A model generated the notes under the pieces. It saw only the letters and a program-made list of their open reading frames with translations, did not search any database and was not told the DNA's origin. The translations under genes and the position numbers were made by a program. From IMG/VR virus record IMGVR_UViG_3300032167_006623: DNA of 64,000 nt, one strand, 5' to 3'. The DNA is from an uncultured virus (IMG/VR IMGVR_UViG_3300032167_006623). Taxonomy: Duplodnaviria > Heunggongvirae > Uroviricota > Caudoviricetes. Positions 1 to 8,758 of the stretch are shown here, one piece after another (position 1 is the first letter of the stretch; every line of letters starts with the position of its first letter).

Positions 1-378
1 CACACTTTTTGTCACAACCCTGTCACACTTTCCAATAATTGACATAAAAAGTGTGACGGAAAACGTGATTTTTGTCACAGTGTCACACTTTTTTTCATAA
101 ACTTTTTTCTATTTACAGTTTCTTAATTATTTGTTAATCGTAAAATGTGGAAAATGTTGAAACTCATTGTGCAAAATGCTTACAGCATAATAAACAAAAC
201 AATACTTGTTGCCTATAATAAATGCAACATAATAACGAAACAACAGTTCGATTACGAATTTGTCACACTTTTTGAAAAACCAAAAGTGTGACAAGATTTT
301 AAGAACCGTGTGATACAGCTCCTTATTATTAAGATATATATTCTTATTATATGTAAATAGATGATTTTTTTGTGATAA
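1..378. repeat. Cluster of direct and inverted TGTCAC(AC)/(GT)GTGAC repeats; candidate replication origin
   Basis: TGTCAC at 10, 21, 73, 81, 261; GTGTGAC at 51 and 286; GTGTGAT/TGTGAT at 308 and 371; perfect 13-bp inverted repeat TTGTCACACTTTT (260-272 / 282-294). Non-coding, AT-rich and directly upstream of the helicase gene. Confidence 0.6.
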
Positions 379-526
379 CCACAAATATCAATACAAAGCA
401 TATGTACCGTAATCCCTAAACCGCATTCGAAAATGCGGCGGGATTCATACAAGTAATACCCCTCTCAATTCAACAGCGTAAAACACACGCTAAAAATGCA
501 AATCTACCTCATATTTGAGAAAAATA

Positions 527-555
527 TTGACTTACAACTATTGATGTGATATAAT
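527..555 (+). promoter_or_regulatory. Sigma-A promoter of the replication operon
   Basis: TTGACT (527-532), 17 bp, TATAAT (550-555) with extended TG; RBS GAAAGG at 601. Confidence 0.75.
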
Positions 556-618
556 TGATTTACACACCCTCTTTTTACGCACTTGTTGAAAATCTAATAA
601 GAAAGGCAGGACGTATCA

Positions 619-2373
619 GTGACTGACAATACAGTTGACAAAACAGATATGCTGTCGCGAACCTTGAATGACGTCATTCATGAGACAACAATGTCATATC
701 TGAGCTTGATTGATAAGGATAACCCCCCGTCTCCACACACTATTGAACAGGAATTGCTATCCGACATTAATGATATGATAGCTCTTGAAAACCTGAATAT
801 ACCCAAAATCACTATGAAAGATGCAAATGGTCAGCCTATATATGATAAAAAGGGCAATCCTAAGACCATGCCTCTTCGTGCTCCTTGGCGCAGCATTGAA
901 CGATTGCTTCCTCAGCAGCTTGCTGATATCGTAATGTTCTTTCATCACGTAGTTCGTATTGACGCGGCTGAAAGCAATGTTGAGAGTGAAGAAGACTTGC
1001 TCGCCATTTATTGTGAATCAGGTTATAACAAGGGTATTTATGACACCAATGAAAGTGTATTATATCGTATCGTCAAAGAATATGATTATATGCTTGAAGA
1101 AAGAAAATTCAAAGAAGTATGCTTTACACTTAAATCATTGGCGCCCCGTAAACAAAGAACACATAATCGCAATCTTATTGCTGTTAATAACGGTATTTTT
1201 GATTATAAATCAAAGAATTTGTATCCTTTCACGCCCGATATGGTTTTTTTGGCTAAATCTCGTGTTGATTATAACCCGAATGCATCGCTTGTTACCATTC
1301 ACAATGATGATGACGGTACTGACTGGGATATTGAGACATGGATGTCAGAGCTTTCCGATGACCCTGAGATTGTCGAACTTCTTTGGCAGATGCTCGGTGC
1401 AATCATAAGGCCATTCGTCAGATGGAATCAATCCATATGGCTTTATTCCACGACAGGCAACAATGGTAAAGGAACATTATGTGAACTTATGCGTAATCTC
1501 TGTGGCAACGGAACACACACCAGTATCAAACTGGCTGAATTCAATAAAGACTTTGCTCTTGAACCGTTAATACACAGTAATGCTATTATTGTAGACGAAA
1601 ACGATGTAGGCTGTTATCTTGACAGCTTAGCTTCTCTTAAAGCTATTGTCACTAATGACATCGTTCAGATTAACCGTAAATATAAAAACTCGGTATCCTT
1701 CCGTTTTTGGGGCTTTATGGTGCAATGTATCAATGATTTACCCCGTATTCGTGACAAATCAGATTCTTTTTATAGAAGACAAATCCTTGTACCTATGGAT
1801 AAATGCTTTACCGGTGCAGAAAGACGTTATATCAAGGATGATTATCTGTCACGTCCTGAGGTTCTTGAATATGTTATGAAGAAAATTCTTCATACTGATT
1901 TTTATGCTTTATCTGTTCCTGACAGATGCCGTAATCTTCTTAATATGTACAAAGGTCTTAACGACCCTATTCGTGAATTTCTTGAAGAGTTCAAAGAACA
2001 GTTTACGTGGGATTTGATTCCTACCGAATTCTTGTATGACCTTTATAAAGCATGGTATGCCCGCTGTAATCCGTGCGGCAAGCCTGAAGGTCGAAATACA
2101 TTTAAGAAACAGATTGATATTCTGCTTTTGGAACCGGGTTTTTGCGAATATTGGGAATCATCTTCCAAAATGGTAAGAGTTTGCAACAAAATGTCGCAGC
2201 CTGAACCGTTGATTGTTCAATACAATCTTACATCATGGAAGAACCCAAGCTATACGGGCAATGACATAGATAAGATGTCAATGCCTCGACTGCTTACAGA
2301 CCGTTTCAGAGGTCTTGTAAGACGTGATAACAGCTTATCATCACAAAACGTTATAGACGCAGATGATGACTAA
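619..2373 (+). CDS. D5/P4-family primase-associated SF3 helicase
   Basis: D5_N-like LIAVNNGIFD, Walker A GNNGKGT, Walker B IIVDEN, motif C QCINDLP, SFYRR. No primase motifs seen in the N-terminus. Confidence 0.85.
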   Translation: MTDNTVDKTDMLSRTLNDVIHETTMSYLSLIDKDNPPSPHTIEQELLSDINDMIALENLNIPKITMKDANGQPIYDKKGNPKTMPLRAPWRSIERLLPQQLADIVMFFHHVVRIDAAESNVESEEDLLAIYCESGYNKGIYDTNESVLYRIVKEYDYMLEERKFKEVCFTLKSLAPRKQRTHNRNLIAVNNGIFDYKSKNLYPFTPDMVFLAKSRVDYNPNASLVTIHNDDDGTDWDIETWMSELSDDPEIVELLWQMLGAIIRPFVRWNQSIWLYSTTGNNGKGTLCELMRNLCGNGTHTSIKLAEFNKDFALEPLIHSNAIIVDENDVGCYLDSLASLKAIVTNDIVQINRKYKNSVSFRFWGFMVQCINDLPRIRDKSDSFYRRQILVPMDKCFTGAERRYIKDDYLSRPEVLEYVMKKILHTDFYALSVPDRCRNLLNMYKGLNDPIREFLEEFKEQFTWDLIPTEFLYDLYKAWYARCNPCGKPEGRNTFKKQIDILLLEPGFCEYWESSSKMVRVCNKMSQPEPLIVQYNLTSWKNPSYTGNDIDKMSMPRLLTDRFRGLVRRDNSLSSQNVIDADDD

Positions 2374-2412
2374 TAAAATTAACATTTTTCACTGACGAAG
2401 GAGAAAACAAAC

Positions 2413-3228
2413 ATGTTTGTAATTCCATTTGAAACTATCAACACTGAAATGAGAACCAACAGCTGGCAGACTGAGTATGCCCGCTACAATGATTGTATGG
2501 CAAAGTTGCATAATAATGAACGTCTTTCCAAAGAGAATTTTGATTTTATGCATGACTTTACAACACGCATGGGTGAAGCTCTTTGCTTGATGTGCATTGA
2601 CCCCGATGTTGCTGCTTATTATCGTATTCGTGAAGCTCTCGCATCCAGTGGTCTTTCACCTGAAGATTTCGATAACAGTGTTTTCTGCAATATGTATGTG
2701 GCGAATTCAGCAAAGAAGTTCAAGATTCCTGCTGATTATCAGAACATTGATGAAGATACGCTTGAATCTTATGGGTATATTCCGTCTATCACCAAGATTG
2801 TAAGCAACAAGCCTGACACCGCTGTATATTTCAATGACAATACTTATGTCACTGTTAGATGCGAAGAGGATGAACCGTTTGACGCCGAAAAGGGTATTTA
2901 TCTTGCAATTCTCAAAAAGGCTATCGGTCCTAAGCACCTTCGCAACCTCTTCAATATTATTGCCGCAGCTGAAGCTGAAGAACAGCTTATCGAAAAGACT
3001 AAAGCTGAAAAGGCAGCCAGAAAGGCAGAAGCTCTCAGACCCAAAACTGTTGCTTCAATGCCATGTGTTCCTGAAACTGAGAATTCTGATACCAAATCTG
3101 AAATCGATGAACTGACATCCAACGATAATACGGAGTGTTCAGATACAGAATTTGAAATTGATGAACCAACACCCGACAATGACACCGAAATTGCCGAGCC
3201 GACACCTGCAGATGACATCGATGAATGA
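2413..3228 (+). CDS. Hypothetical phage-type protein with acidic tail
   Basis: RBS AGGAG. The segment PDTAVYFND..TVRCEEDEPFDAEKGIYLAILKK resembles a common Firmicutes phage hypothetical domain. Confidence 0.7.
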   Translation: MFVIPFETINTEMRTNSWQTEYARYNDCMAKLHNNERLSKENFDFMHDFTTRMGEALCLMCIDPDVAAYYRIREALASSGLSPEDFDNSVFCNMYVANSAKKFKIPADYQNIDEDTLESYGYIPSITKIVSNKPDTAVYFNDNTYVTVRCEEDEPFDAEKGIYLAILKKAIGPKHLRNLFNIIAAAEAEEQLIEKTKAEKAARKAEALRPKTVASMPCVPETENSDTKSEIDELTSNDNTECSDTEFEIDEPTPDNDTEIAEPTPADDIDE

Positions 3229-3268
3229 CTTTGATGCTGAATAACAGCATTGTCCATATGCTATTTGT

Positions 3269-3304
3269 AAGAGGTGTTGTTATATAACAACGCCTCTTTT
3301 TTTA
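3269..3304 (+). terminator. Intrinsic terminator just upstream of the DNA polymerase gene
   Basis: AAGAGGTGTTGT / ACAACGCCTCTT stem followed by a T run. Confidence 0.65.
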
Positions 3305-3332
3305 AAAATACATCAGAAAGGAATATATACAT

Positions 3333-6300
3333 ATGGCTGCCGCACCTGATATCAGACAGGCTTTTTATGATATTGAAAGCCTGCATAATGTTTTTTCATT
3401 GTGTAACTTCTGTTACAATGACAATGTTCTTGATATTTATCTTCTTGTTGATGATAAACTCGATACCGTTGGATTAAATGATAAATTTGTGCTTACAGAT
3501 GTTATCATTCAGTATATAAATCAGCGTATTTATGAGAAAAACAAAAATTTCAACGGAACAATCAACTATTATGACCTTCATTGTCTTGAATCAAATATCC
3601 ATCTTATAAACACCTTTGGTGCAAAAGATAATGCGGGTATTTTTGAAACCATCGCTGCCCGTCATCCTGAATTCAAAATGTTTGTGAATGATACGGACCC
3701 CGAATATGATAATACGACGCATTCGTATCTATTGGGCTATAACTCATTTAACTATGATACAACTATGTATGCTTTATATATAAATGAGACATTCTTCATC
3801 GCAAACAAGGAGATTAAATTCATGCCGCCTACCGCTAAGCAGATGCGTGAACACAATAATAATCTCTTTACACCTAAATTCAAAGAACGAATGCCAAGCT
3901 ATTTACAGCGAAATAAAGACCACACTATTGGCTCAGGTTTTGCGAACCGCGAAAATGTTATTCGCAACAATATGCTTCGTTCAGGACGACACATCGATGT
4001 CGCTCTTTTGAACGAAAAAATGCAGAAAGTGGCTCTCAAGCGTGTTCTTGGCATGCTCGGCTTTCAGATTCTTGAATCTAAGAAAGTCAAAGGCAATAAA
4101 CCTATCAGAACCCTCGATGAATTAGCTGATTTGCTTGCATATAATACATCTGACGTTGTAAACCTGCACGAATTATTCAATCATAAGGTTTATCAGGGTA
4201 ACTTCAAATTGAAAAAGGGGCTGCTTGAAACCTATCCTGAGCTTATATATGAAAAGAAAAAGGACGCTTATGCTCCTGACATCGGACCTGATAAGGTTCG
4301 TTCTGACAGATTGTATATTGACTCAAGCTCAGCCAAGCTCGCTGCTCGTGCTCTTTGTCCGTATGGTCATTTGAACGATATTGAGGCTGTCAGCTTTATG
4401 TATCCGAGTGAAGCTAAAGCAAAGGAGCTCGGTATTCCGAGAGTTAATGTTCTCGATGAAGCCCGTAAGTTCTTCTATGGCTTGTATCCTGATAATGCAG
4501 CTTTGCAAGCTGAATTTGACCGTATTTATTTTTATTATAAAAATAATATCGAAGGCCGTAATTTCAATGATTCGGATGAATATGCCGAATATATGAAAAC
4601 TTTGCATCCCAATAAACCGATTCTTCCCGCTTACAGCATGAGTGAGATTGAAAAATGCAATCTGACTCTCCCCTATTTTGATAAAAACGGAAATGCTTCC
4701 AGCTGCTACGTTGTTTTCGGAACAGGTGGTATTCACGGGGCTGAATACAATAAAGCCTTATTTGATGCTGACCTTAAGGAGTATATGGCTCTTGAAAAGC
4801 TTCATATGCTTGTCCGAGCTGAATTTCCTGACCCTGTTATGCTGAAACAGAAAACGCCGGGTTCAAGAAAGGCATGGTCTTATGAATATGAAGGTAAAAC
4901 TTACAAATCTTCCGAATTTCTTAAGACAGGGTCTACGGCAACTGCTGCTGCATGGAAGGATTTAAGCAAAAAGAAACCATTGCTGTTCAAACAGACACCT
5001 AAGGGTGGCTGGCAGTTAAACAAGCGATATACCTTTACAAGCAATGATGACTGTAACCATGAAGACTTTACAAGTTATTATCCTAATATGCTTATTATGA
5101 TGATGGCATTCTGGAATGATGGCTTAGGTTACGACCGTTATGCTGAAATCTTTGGTGACAAAGAAAGATATGGCAAGCTGATGAAGGATAAGAGTATCCC
5201 TGAAACAGAACGTGAAAAATACGATATTCTGCGAAATGGTACAAAACTGATACTCAATTCGGCGTCCGGTGCCGCTGATGCTGCATTTTTCACGCCAATC
5301 AGAATGAACAATCAGATTATGTCTATGAGAATCATAGGACAGCTGTTCACTTGGCGTATAGGACAGGCTCAGACATATGCAGGTGCTAATATCATTTCTA
5401 CAAACACTGATGGTTTGTTCTCGGTATTTGAACCCGAAGAGAACGCAAGAATCCTTGCTCGTGAAGCTGCCGATATTCATGTTGCAATTGAACCTGAATT
5501 CTGTCATCTTGTTTCAAAAGACAGCAATAATCGTATTGAAATTGACGAAAAAGGCGGAATTATTACGGCAGGCGGTGGTTCTCTTGCTTGCTACAAAGGA
5601 CCTAATCCGACCAAATCTCTTGCACACGCTGCGATTCTTGACTACGCTTTGTGTGAATATCTGAGAGATGCGGATGGCATGCATAATAAATCGAAAGCCT
5701 TTTTGTTTGAAGAATTCAATCGTCAGAAAGGCTGGGTTGTATTGTATAACTCAAAATTTGCCTTTCCTGATAAGGTCAGATATCTGAATATGTATCAGAC
5801 CATTATTGCAAGCTCTATAGGTTCGCAGACCTATATATTCGGCGAAACTGACTCTTTCAGTCAGTATAAGGACAAAATTACAACAATACCGTTCCGTCAG
5901 GATTTGTTTGACAAAGCATGCGAAAATGGCTTGATTAACATCATGCCTCATTATAATCGCATTTTCCTTGTGAAAAAAGAATTTGGAACTGTTTATGGCA
6001 AAAAGATTTATCATCTGAGAAATGCTGCAGCTCGTGTTGTCACCCCTGCTCAGAAGCTTACACGTAAGAAAACAAATCAAATAGAGATACAGCATGACCC
6101 ATTTGCACTGGCCCTGCTTGAACGATTCGATTTGCCTGAAAAGGATATTCCTGCAGGAAAAGAAGCAAAAATCACAAAGGTATCAGGTATTGACCCGGAT
6201 TGGTATGTTTATATTGAAAACAAAAGTCTTTATGAACTCAGTGATGATGAAACTCAGCTTCTTATCGATAATCTGAATATGGACAACTACCTTACCCTTT

Positions 6301-6380
6301 TTGCTGAAAGTTTCAATAAAAACTGGTCAAACGCAGGTATCCCGGAGGATGATGACGATGAGACCGGAAGCGTCGCTTGA
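3333..6380 (+). CDS. Family B DNA polymerase with 3'-5' exonuclease
   Basis: ExoI FYDIES, ExoII GYNSFNYD, ExoIII YNTSDV; Pol motif A DFTSYYP, motif B KLILNSASG, motif C STNTDG. Confidence 0.85.
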   Translation: MAAAPDIRQAFYDIESLHNVFSLCNFCYNDNVLDIYLLVDDKLDTVGLNDKFVLTDVIIQYINQRIYEKNKNFNGTINYYDLHCLESNIHLINTFGAKDNAGIFETIAARHPEFKMFVNDTDPEYDNTTHSYLLGYNSFNYDTTMYALYINETFFIANKEIKFMPPTAKQMREHNNNLFTPKFKERMPSYLQRNKDHTIGSGFANRENVIRNNMLRSGRHIDVALLNEKMQKVALKRVLGMLGFQILESKKVKGNKPIRTLDELADLLAYNTSDVVNLHELFNHKVYQGNFKLKKGLLETYPELIYEKKKDAYAPDIGPDKVRSDRLYIDSSSAKLAARALCPYGHLNDIEAVSFMYPSEAKAKELGIPRVNVLDEARKFFYGLYPDNAALQAEFDRIYFYYKNNIEGRNFNDSDEYAEYMKTLHPNKPILPAYSMSEIEKCNLTLPYFDKNGNASSCYVVFGTGGIHGAEYNKALFDADLKEYMALEKLHMLVRAEFPDPVMLKQKTPGSRKAWSYEYEGKTYKSSEFLKTGSTATAAAWKDLSKKKPLLFKQTPKGGWQLNKRYTFTSNDDCNHEDFTSYYPNMLIMMMAFWNDGLGYDRYAEIFGDKERYGKLMKDKSIPETEREKYDILRNGTKLILNSASGAADAAFFTPIRMNNQIMSMRIIGQLFTWRIGQAQTYAGANIISTNTDGLFSVFEPEENARILAREAADIHVAIEPEFCHLVSKDSNNRIEIDEKGGIITAGGGSLACYKGPNPTKSLAHAAILDYALCEYLRDADGMHNKSKAFLFEEFNRQKGWVVLYNSKFAFPDKVRYLNMYQTIIASSIGSQTYIFGETDSFSQYKDKITTIPFRQDLFDKACENGLINIMPHYNRIFLVKKEFGTVYGKKIYHLRNAAARVVTPAQKLTRKKTNQIEIQHDPFALALLERFDLPEKDIPAGKEAKITKVSGIDPDWYVYIENKSLYELSDDETQLLIDNLNMDNYLTLFAESFNKNWSNAGIPEDDDDETGSVA

Positions 6381-6645
6381 GTCATATTTCATCAAACAAG
6401 CTCAATTACATAATGTACTGCAGTATAAATTTCTGTCGGGAATAACAGGTGTTCCCGACAGGATTCTTATATGTCCGAAAATGACGGCTTTTGTAGAACT
6501 CAAAGCCGAGAACGGTAAGCTATCCAAACGTCAGAAGTTTGTTATCAAATCTATGCGTAATCATGGAGCCATAGTTCTTGTTCCTTTTTCGAAAGCTGAT
6601 ATTGACGACATTTTTGATGAAATAAAAAGAAACAGCATCGGTTGA
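6358..6645 (+). CDS. VRR-NUC domain nuclease
   Basis: E..lE, GVPDR, FVELKA, LSKRQ pattern. GGAGG RBS before ATG 6358, overlapping the end of the polymerase gene. Confidence 0.85.
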   Translation: MRPEASLESYFIKQAQLHNVLQYKFLSGITGVPDRILICPKMTAFVELKAENGKLSKRQKFVIKSMRNHGAIVLVPFSKADIDDIFDEIKRNSIG

Positions 6646-6659
6646 ACCGATGCTGTTTT
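6621..6659. terminator. Hairpin terminator, strongest on the minus strand
   Basis: AAACAGCATCGGT-TGA-ACCGATGCTGTTT. Minus-strand tail TTTCTTTTTATT; short T tail on plus. Confidence 0.7.
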
Positions 6660-6746
6660 CACAAATTTACACACCTGATTAATGAACAGAAAGGACTTTC
6701 TCGCACCTGTATGTATAACATACCAGTGTTGACTTGCTGTTGATAT
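6621..6746 (-). ncRNA. Candidate ~120 nt counter-transcribed small RNA
   Basis: Bounded by a near-consensus minus-strand promoter (6752-6780) and the terminator; no RBS-led ORF between them. Confidence 0.5.
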
Positions 6747-6751
6747 GATAT

Positions 6752-6780
6752 ATTGTATCATATTTTATTCTGTTTGTCAA
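6752..6780 (-). promoter_or_regulatory. Sigma-A promoter facing against the replication operon
   Basis: Minus strand TTGACA, 17 bp, TACAAT with extended TG. Confidence 0.7.
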
Positions 6781-6848
6781 TACTTTTTGTAAATTTTATT
6801 TCAAAAAATAAAAAAATAATATTTTGACCCACATTCAGACTAAAAAGG

Positions 6849-8405
6849 ATGACTTCTATGAACGCAATATTACATGATTATCAGGAAGCAGCTGTAAAGT
6901 TTGCTATCACTCATCCAAAATGCGGTCTTTTTCTTGACCTTGGTCTTGGAAAGACGCTAATTTCATTAGCCGTACTTGAGCGAATATACGCACAAGAATC
7001 CGGACATATTCTCATAATTGCCCCAAAATCAATTGCAAAAGCCACATGGGCGGCTGAAATTGAAAAATGGGACATCAAATTGCCTCATATCAGCCTTATT
7101 GTAAACAAAAAAGGTAATAAGTTATCGAAGAAAAAGAGGCTTGAAGCCTATAATGCTGTCTTTACCAACCCTGTTAAAACAGTTTATTTCATAAACCGTG
7201 AAATGCTGGTCGATTTGATTGATAATTGTCCCAGACATGGACAGACTATCATCTGGCCGTTTCAAACCATTGTAATTGATGAACTTCAAAGCTTTAAATC
7301 GCCGGACAGCAAACGTTTTAAATCGCTCAAACAGGTAATGCCTGCTGTAAACCGATTTATAGGGCTCACAGGAACACCTACCCCCAACGGTATCAGTGAT
7401 ATATGGTCTCAGATATATCTCATGGATGGCGGCGAGCGTCTCGGCAAAAATATTACAGCTTTTCGACGCAATTTTATGCATCCGGGATACACAAACCCGC
7501 AGGGTGTTGTATGTAACTGGCTTCCCAATGATGGGGCTGAGGATGAAATCTGTGATTTAATCTCAGATATCACAATTTCAATGAAAAACACAAGTCTTAA
7601 ATTACCCCCTGTTGTCTTTATTGATGATATTGTTGAAATGTCTGACAGTGAGAAAAAGACATATAAACAGTTTGTCAGAGATGCAATACTTGAATTTGGC
7701 AATGATACTTATGCGACTGCCGCAAATGCAGCTGTTATGTCAGCAAAGCTTCAACAGCTTGCGTCAGGTGCTATCTATACGGTCGATGCTGATGGTGTAT
7801 CCACTGGTAATTATACACTAATACACATGGAAAAGCTCGAACGTCTGAAATATATAAGAGAAAACAGTGATGATAACATACTCATTTCTTATTTCTTCAA
7901 ATCTGATGCCGATATGATAAAGAAATATTTCGACTCATTGGGAATGCCCTGCGAAATTTTCGATTCAAATAAATCCGATTTATTCCTCAAACGATGGAAC
8001 AACAATGAGATAAAAACGCTTCTCATACAACCGTCTTCCGCCGGCTTCGGATTGAATTTTCAATATGCATCACACACTCTTGTATGGTACACTCTTCCCT
8101 TTAATCTTGAGAATTATCTTCAGACAATAGGCCGAATTTATAGACAAGGTCAGAATCATACTGTGTACATTCACAGAATAATGACTGACAAAACTATTGA
8201 CTCTCACGTTTTGAAAACACTTATGACCAAGGACAAGAACATGCAGTATTTGCTTGATAAAGTCGAATACTCGCCATCTCAGAATGAAAGTCTTATCGCA
8301 TTGGGTGAAGCATTGAGCCTTATGGACAGCATGAACCTGAATATTACATCAGACGATATTATCAGGACTGTATCAAGTGCAATCGGCGATATGGATGACA
8401 TGTAA
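6849..8405 (+). CDS. SNF2-family helicase (phage type)
   Basis: LHDYQ, LDLGLGKT, IVIDELQ, GLTGTP, SAGFGLNFQ, QTIGRIYRQGQ. Confidence 0.9.
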   Translation: MTSMNAILHDYQEAAVKFAITHPKCGLFLDLGLGKTLISLAVLERIYAQESGHILIIAPKSIAKATWAAEIEKWDIKLPHISLIVNKKGNKLSKKKRLEAYNAVFTNPVKTVYFINREMLVDLIDNCPRHGQTIIWPFQTIVIDELQSFKSPDSKRFKSLKQVMPAVNRFIGLTGTPTPNGISDIWSQIYLMDGGERLGKNITAFRRNFMHPGYTNPQGVVCNWLPNDGAEDEICDLISDITISMKNTSLKLPPVVFIDDIVEMSDSEKKTYKQFVRDAILEFGNDTYATAANAAVMSAKLQQLASGAIYTVDADGVSTGNYTLIHMEKLERLKYIRENSDDNILISYFFKSDADMIKKYFDSLGMPCEIFDSNKSDLFLKRWNNNEIKTLLIQPSSAGFGLNFQYASHTLVWYTLPFNLENYLQTIGRIYRQGQNHTVYIHRIMTDKTIDSHVLKTLMTKDKNMQYLLDKVEYSPSQNESLIALGEALSLMDSMNLNITSDDIIRTVSSAIGDMDDM

Positions 8406-8420
8406 ATTTTTAAAAAAAAT

Positions 8421-8444
8421 AAAGCACCCTATATGGGTGCTTTT
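8421..8444. terminator. Bidirectional terminator between convergent SNF2 and HU genes
   Basis: AAAGCACCC-TATAT-GGGTGCTTT with A and T runs on the flanks. Confidence 0.7.
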
Positions 8445-8447
8445 GTT

Positions 8448-8753
8448 TTATTTATTAAACAGCTCAGTTATTTTGTAACTTGTACTGAATGTCAATTTGT
8501 ATTTTTCCTCAGCAATTCCTTCTTGTTTTGTTGGTGTGACATAATATCTCGGTTTGAAACGTGTTTTATTGAATGTTCCGAAACCTTTAATTACAACGCG
8601 ATTTCCATTGTTGACTCTCTCTGTTATCTCATTGAGAAAAGCATTAACTACATATTCAATCTGAGTTTCGGTTAATTCCATATCATATGGATTATTTCGC
8701 TTGATTGACATCATAATATCTTGTTTGGATACAACTCTTTGCTTTTTACTCAT
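8448..8753 (-). CDS. HU/IHF-like DNA-binding protein
   Basis: SKQDI..VVNAFLNEITE..GNRVVIKGFGTF..LTFSTS; RBS GAGGGG. Confidence 0.8.
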   Translation of the reverse strand: MSKKQRVVSKQDIMMSIKRNNPYDMELTETQIEYVVNAFLNEITERVNNGNRVVIKGFGTFNKTRFKPRYYVTPTKQEGIAEEKYKLTFSTSYKITELFNK

Positions 8754-8758
8754 GTCAA

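Noticed and set aside
127..452. Two short minus-strand ORFs in the origin-like region
   Set aside because: No RBS and atypical composition; they overlap the repeat cluster.
2302..2373. RF tail on the helicase (DRF + 21 aa); similar endings in SbcCD (RF + 19), UvrD (RY + 20), 30713..30973 (RF + 24) and 32253..32711 (RF + 13)
   Set aside because: These may be part of folded domains or chance matches. They are not counted as members, but they show a non-zero background that the enrichment test must handle.
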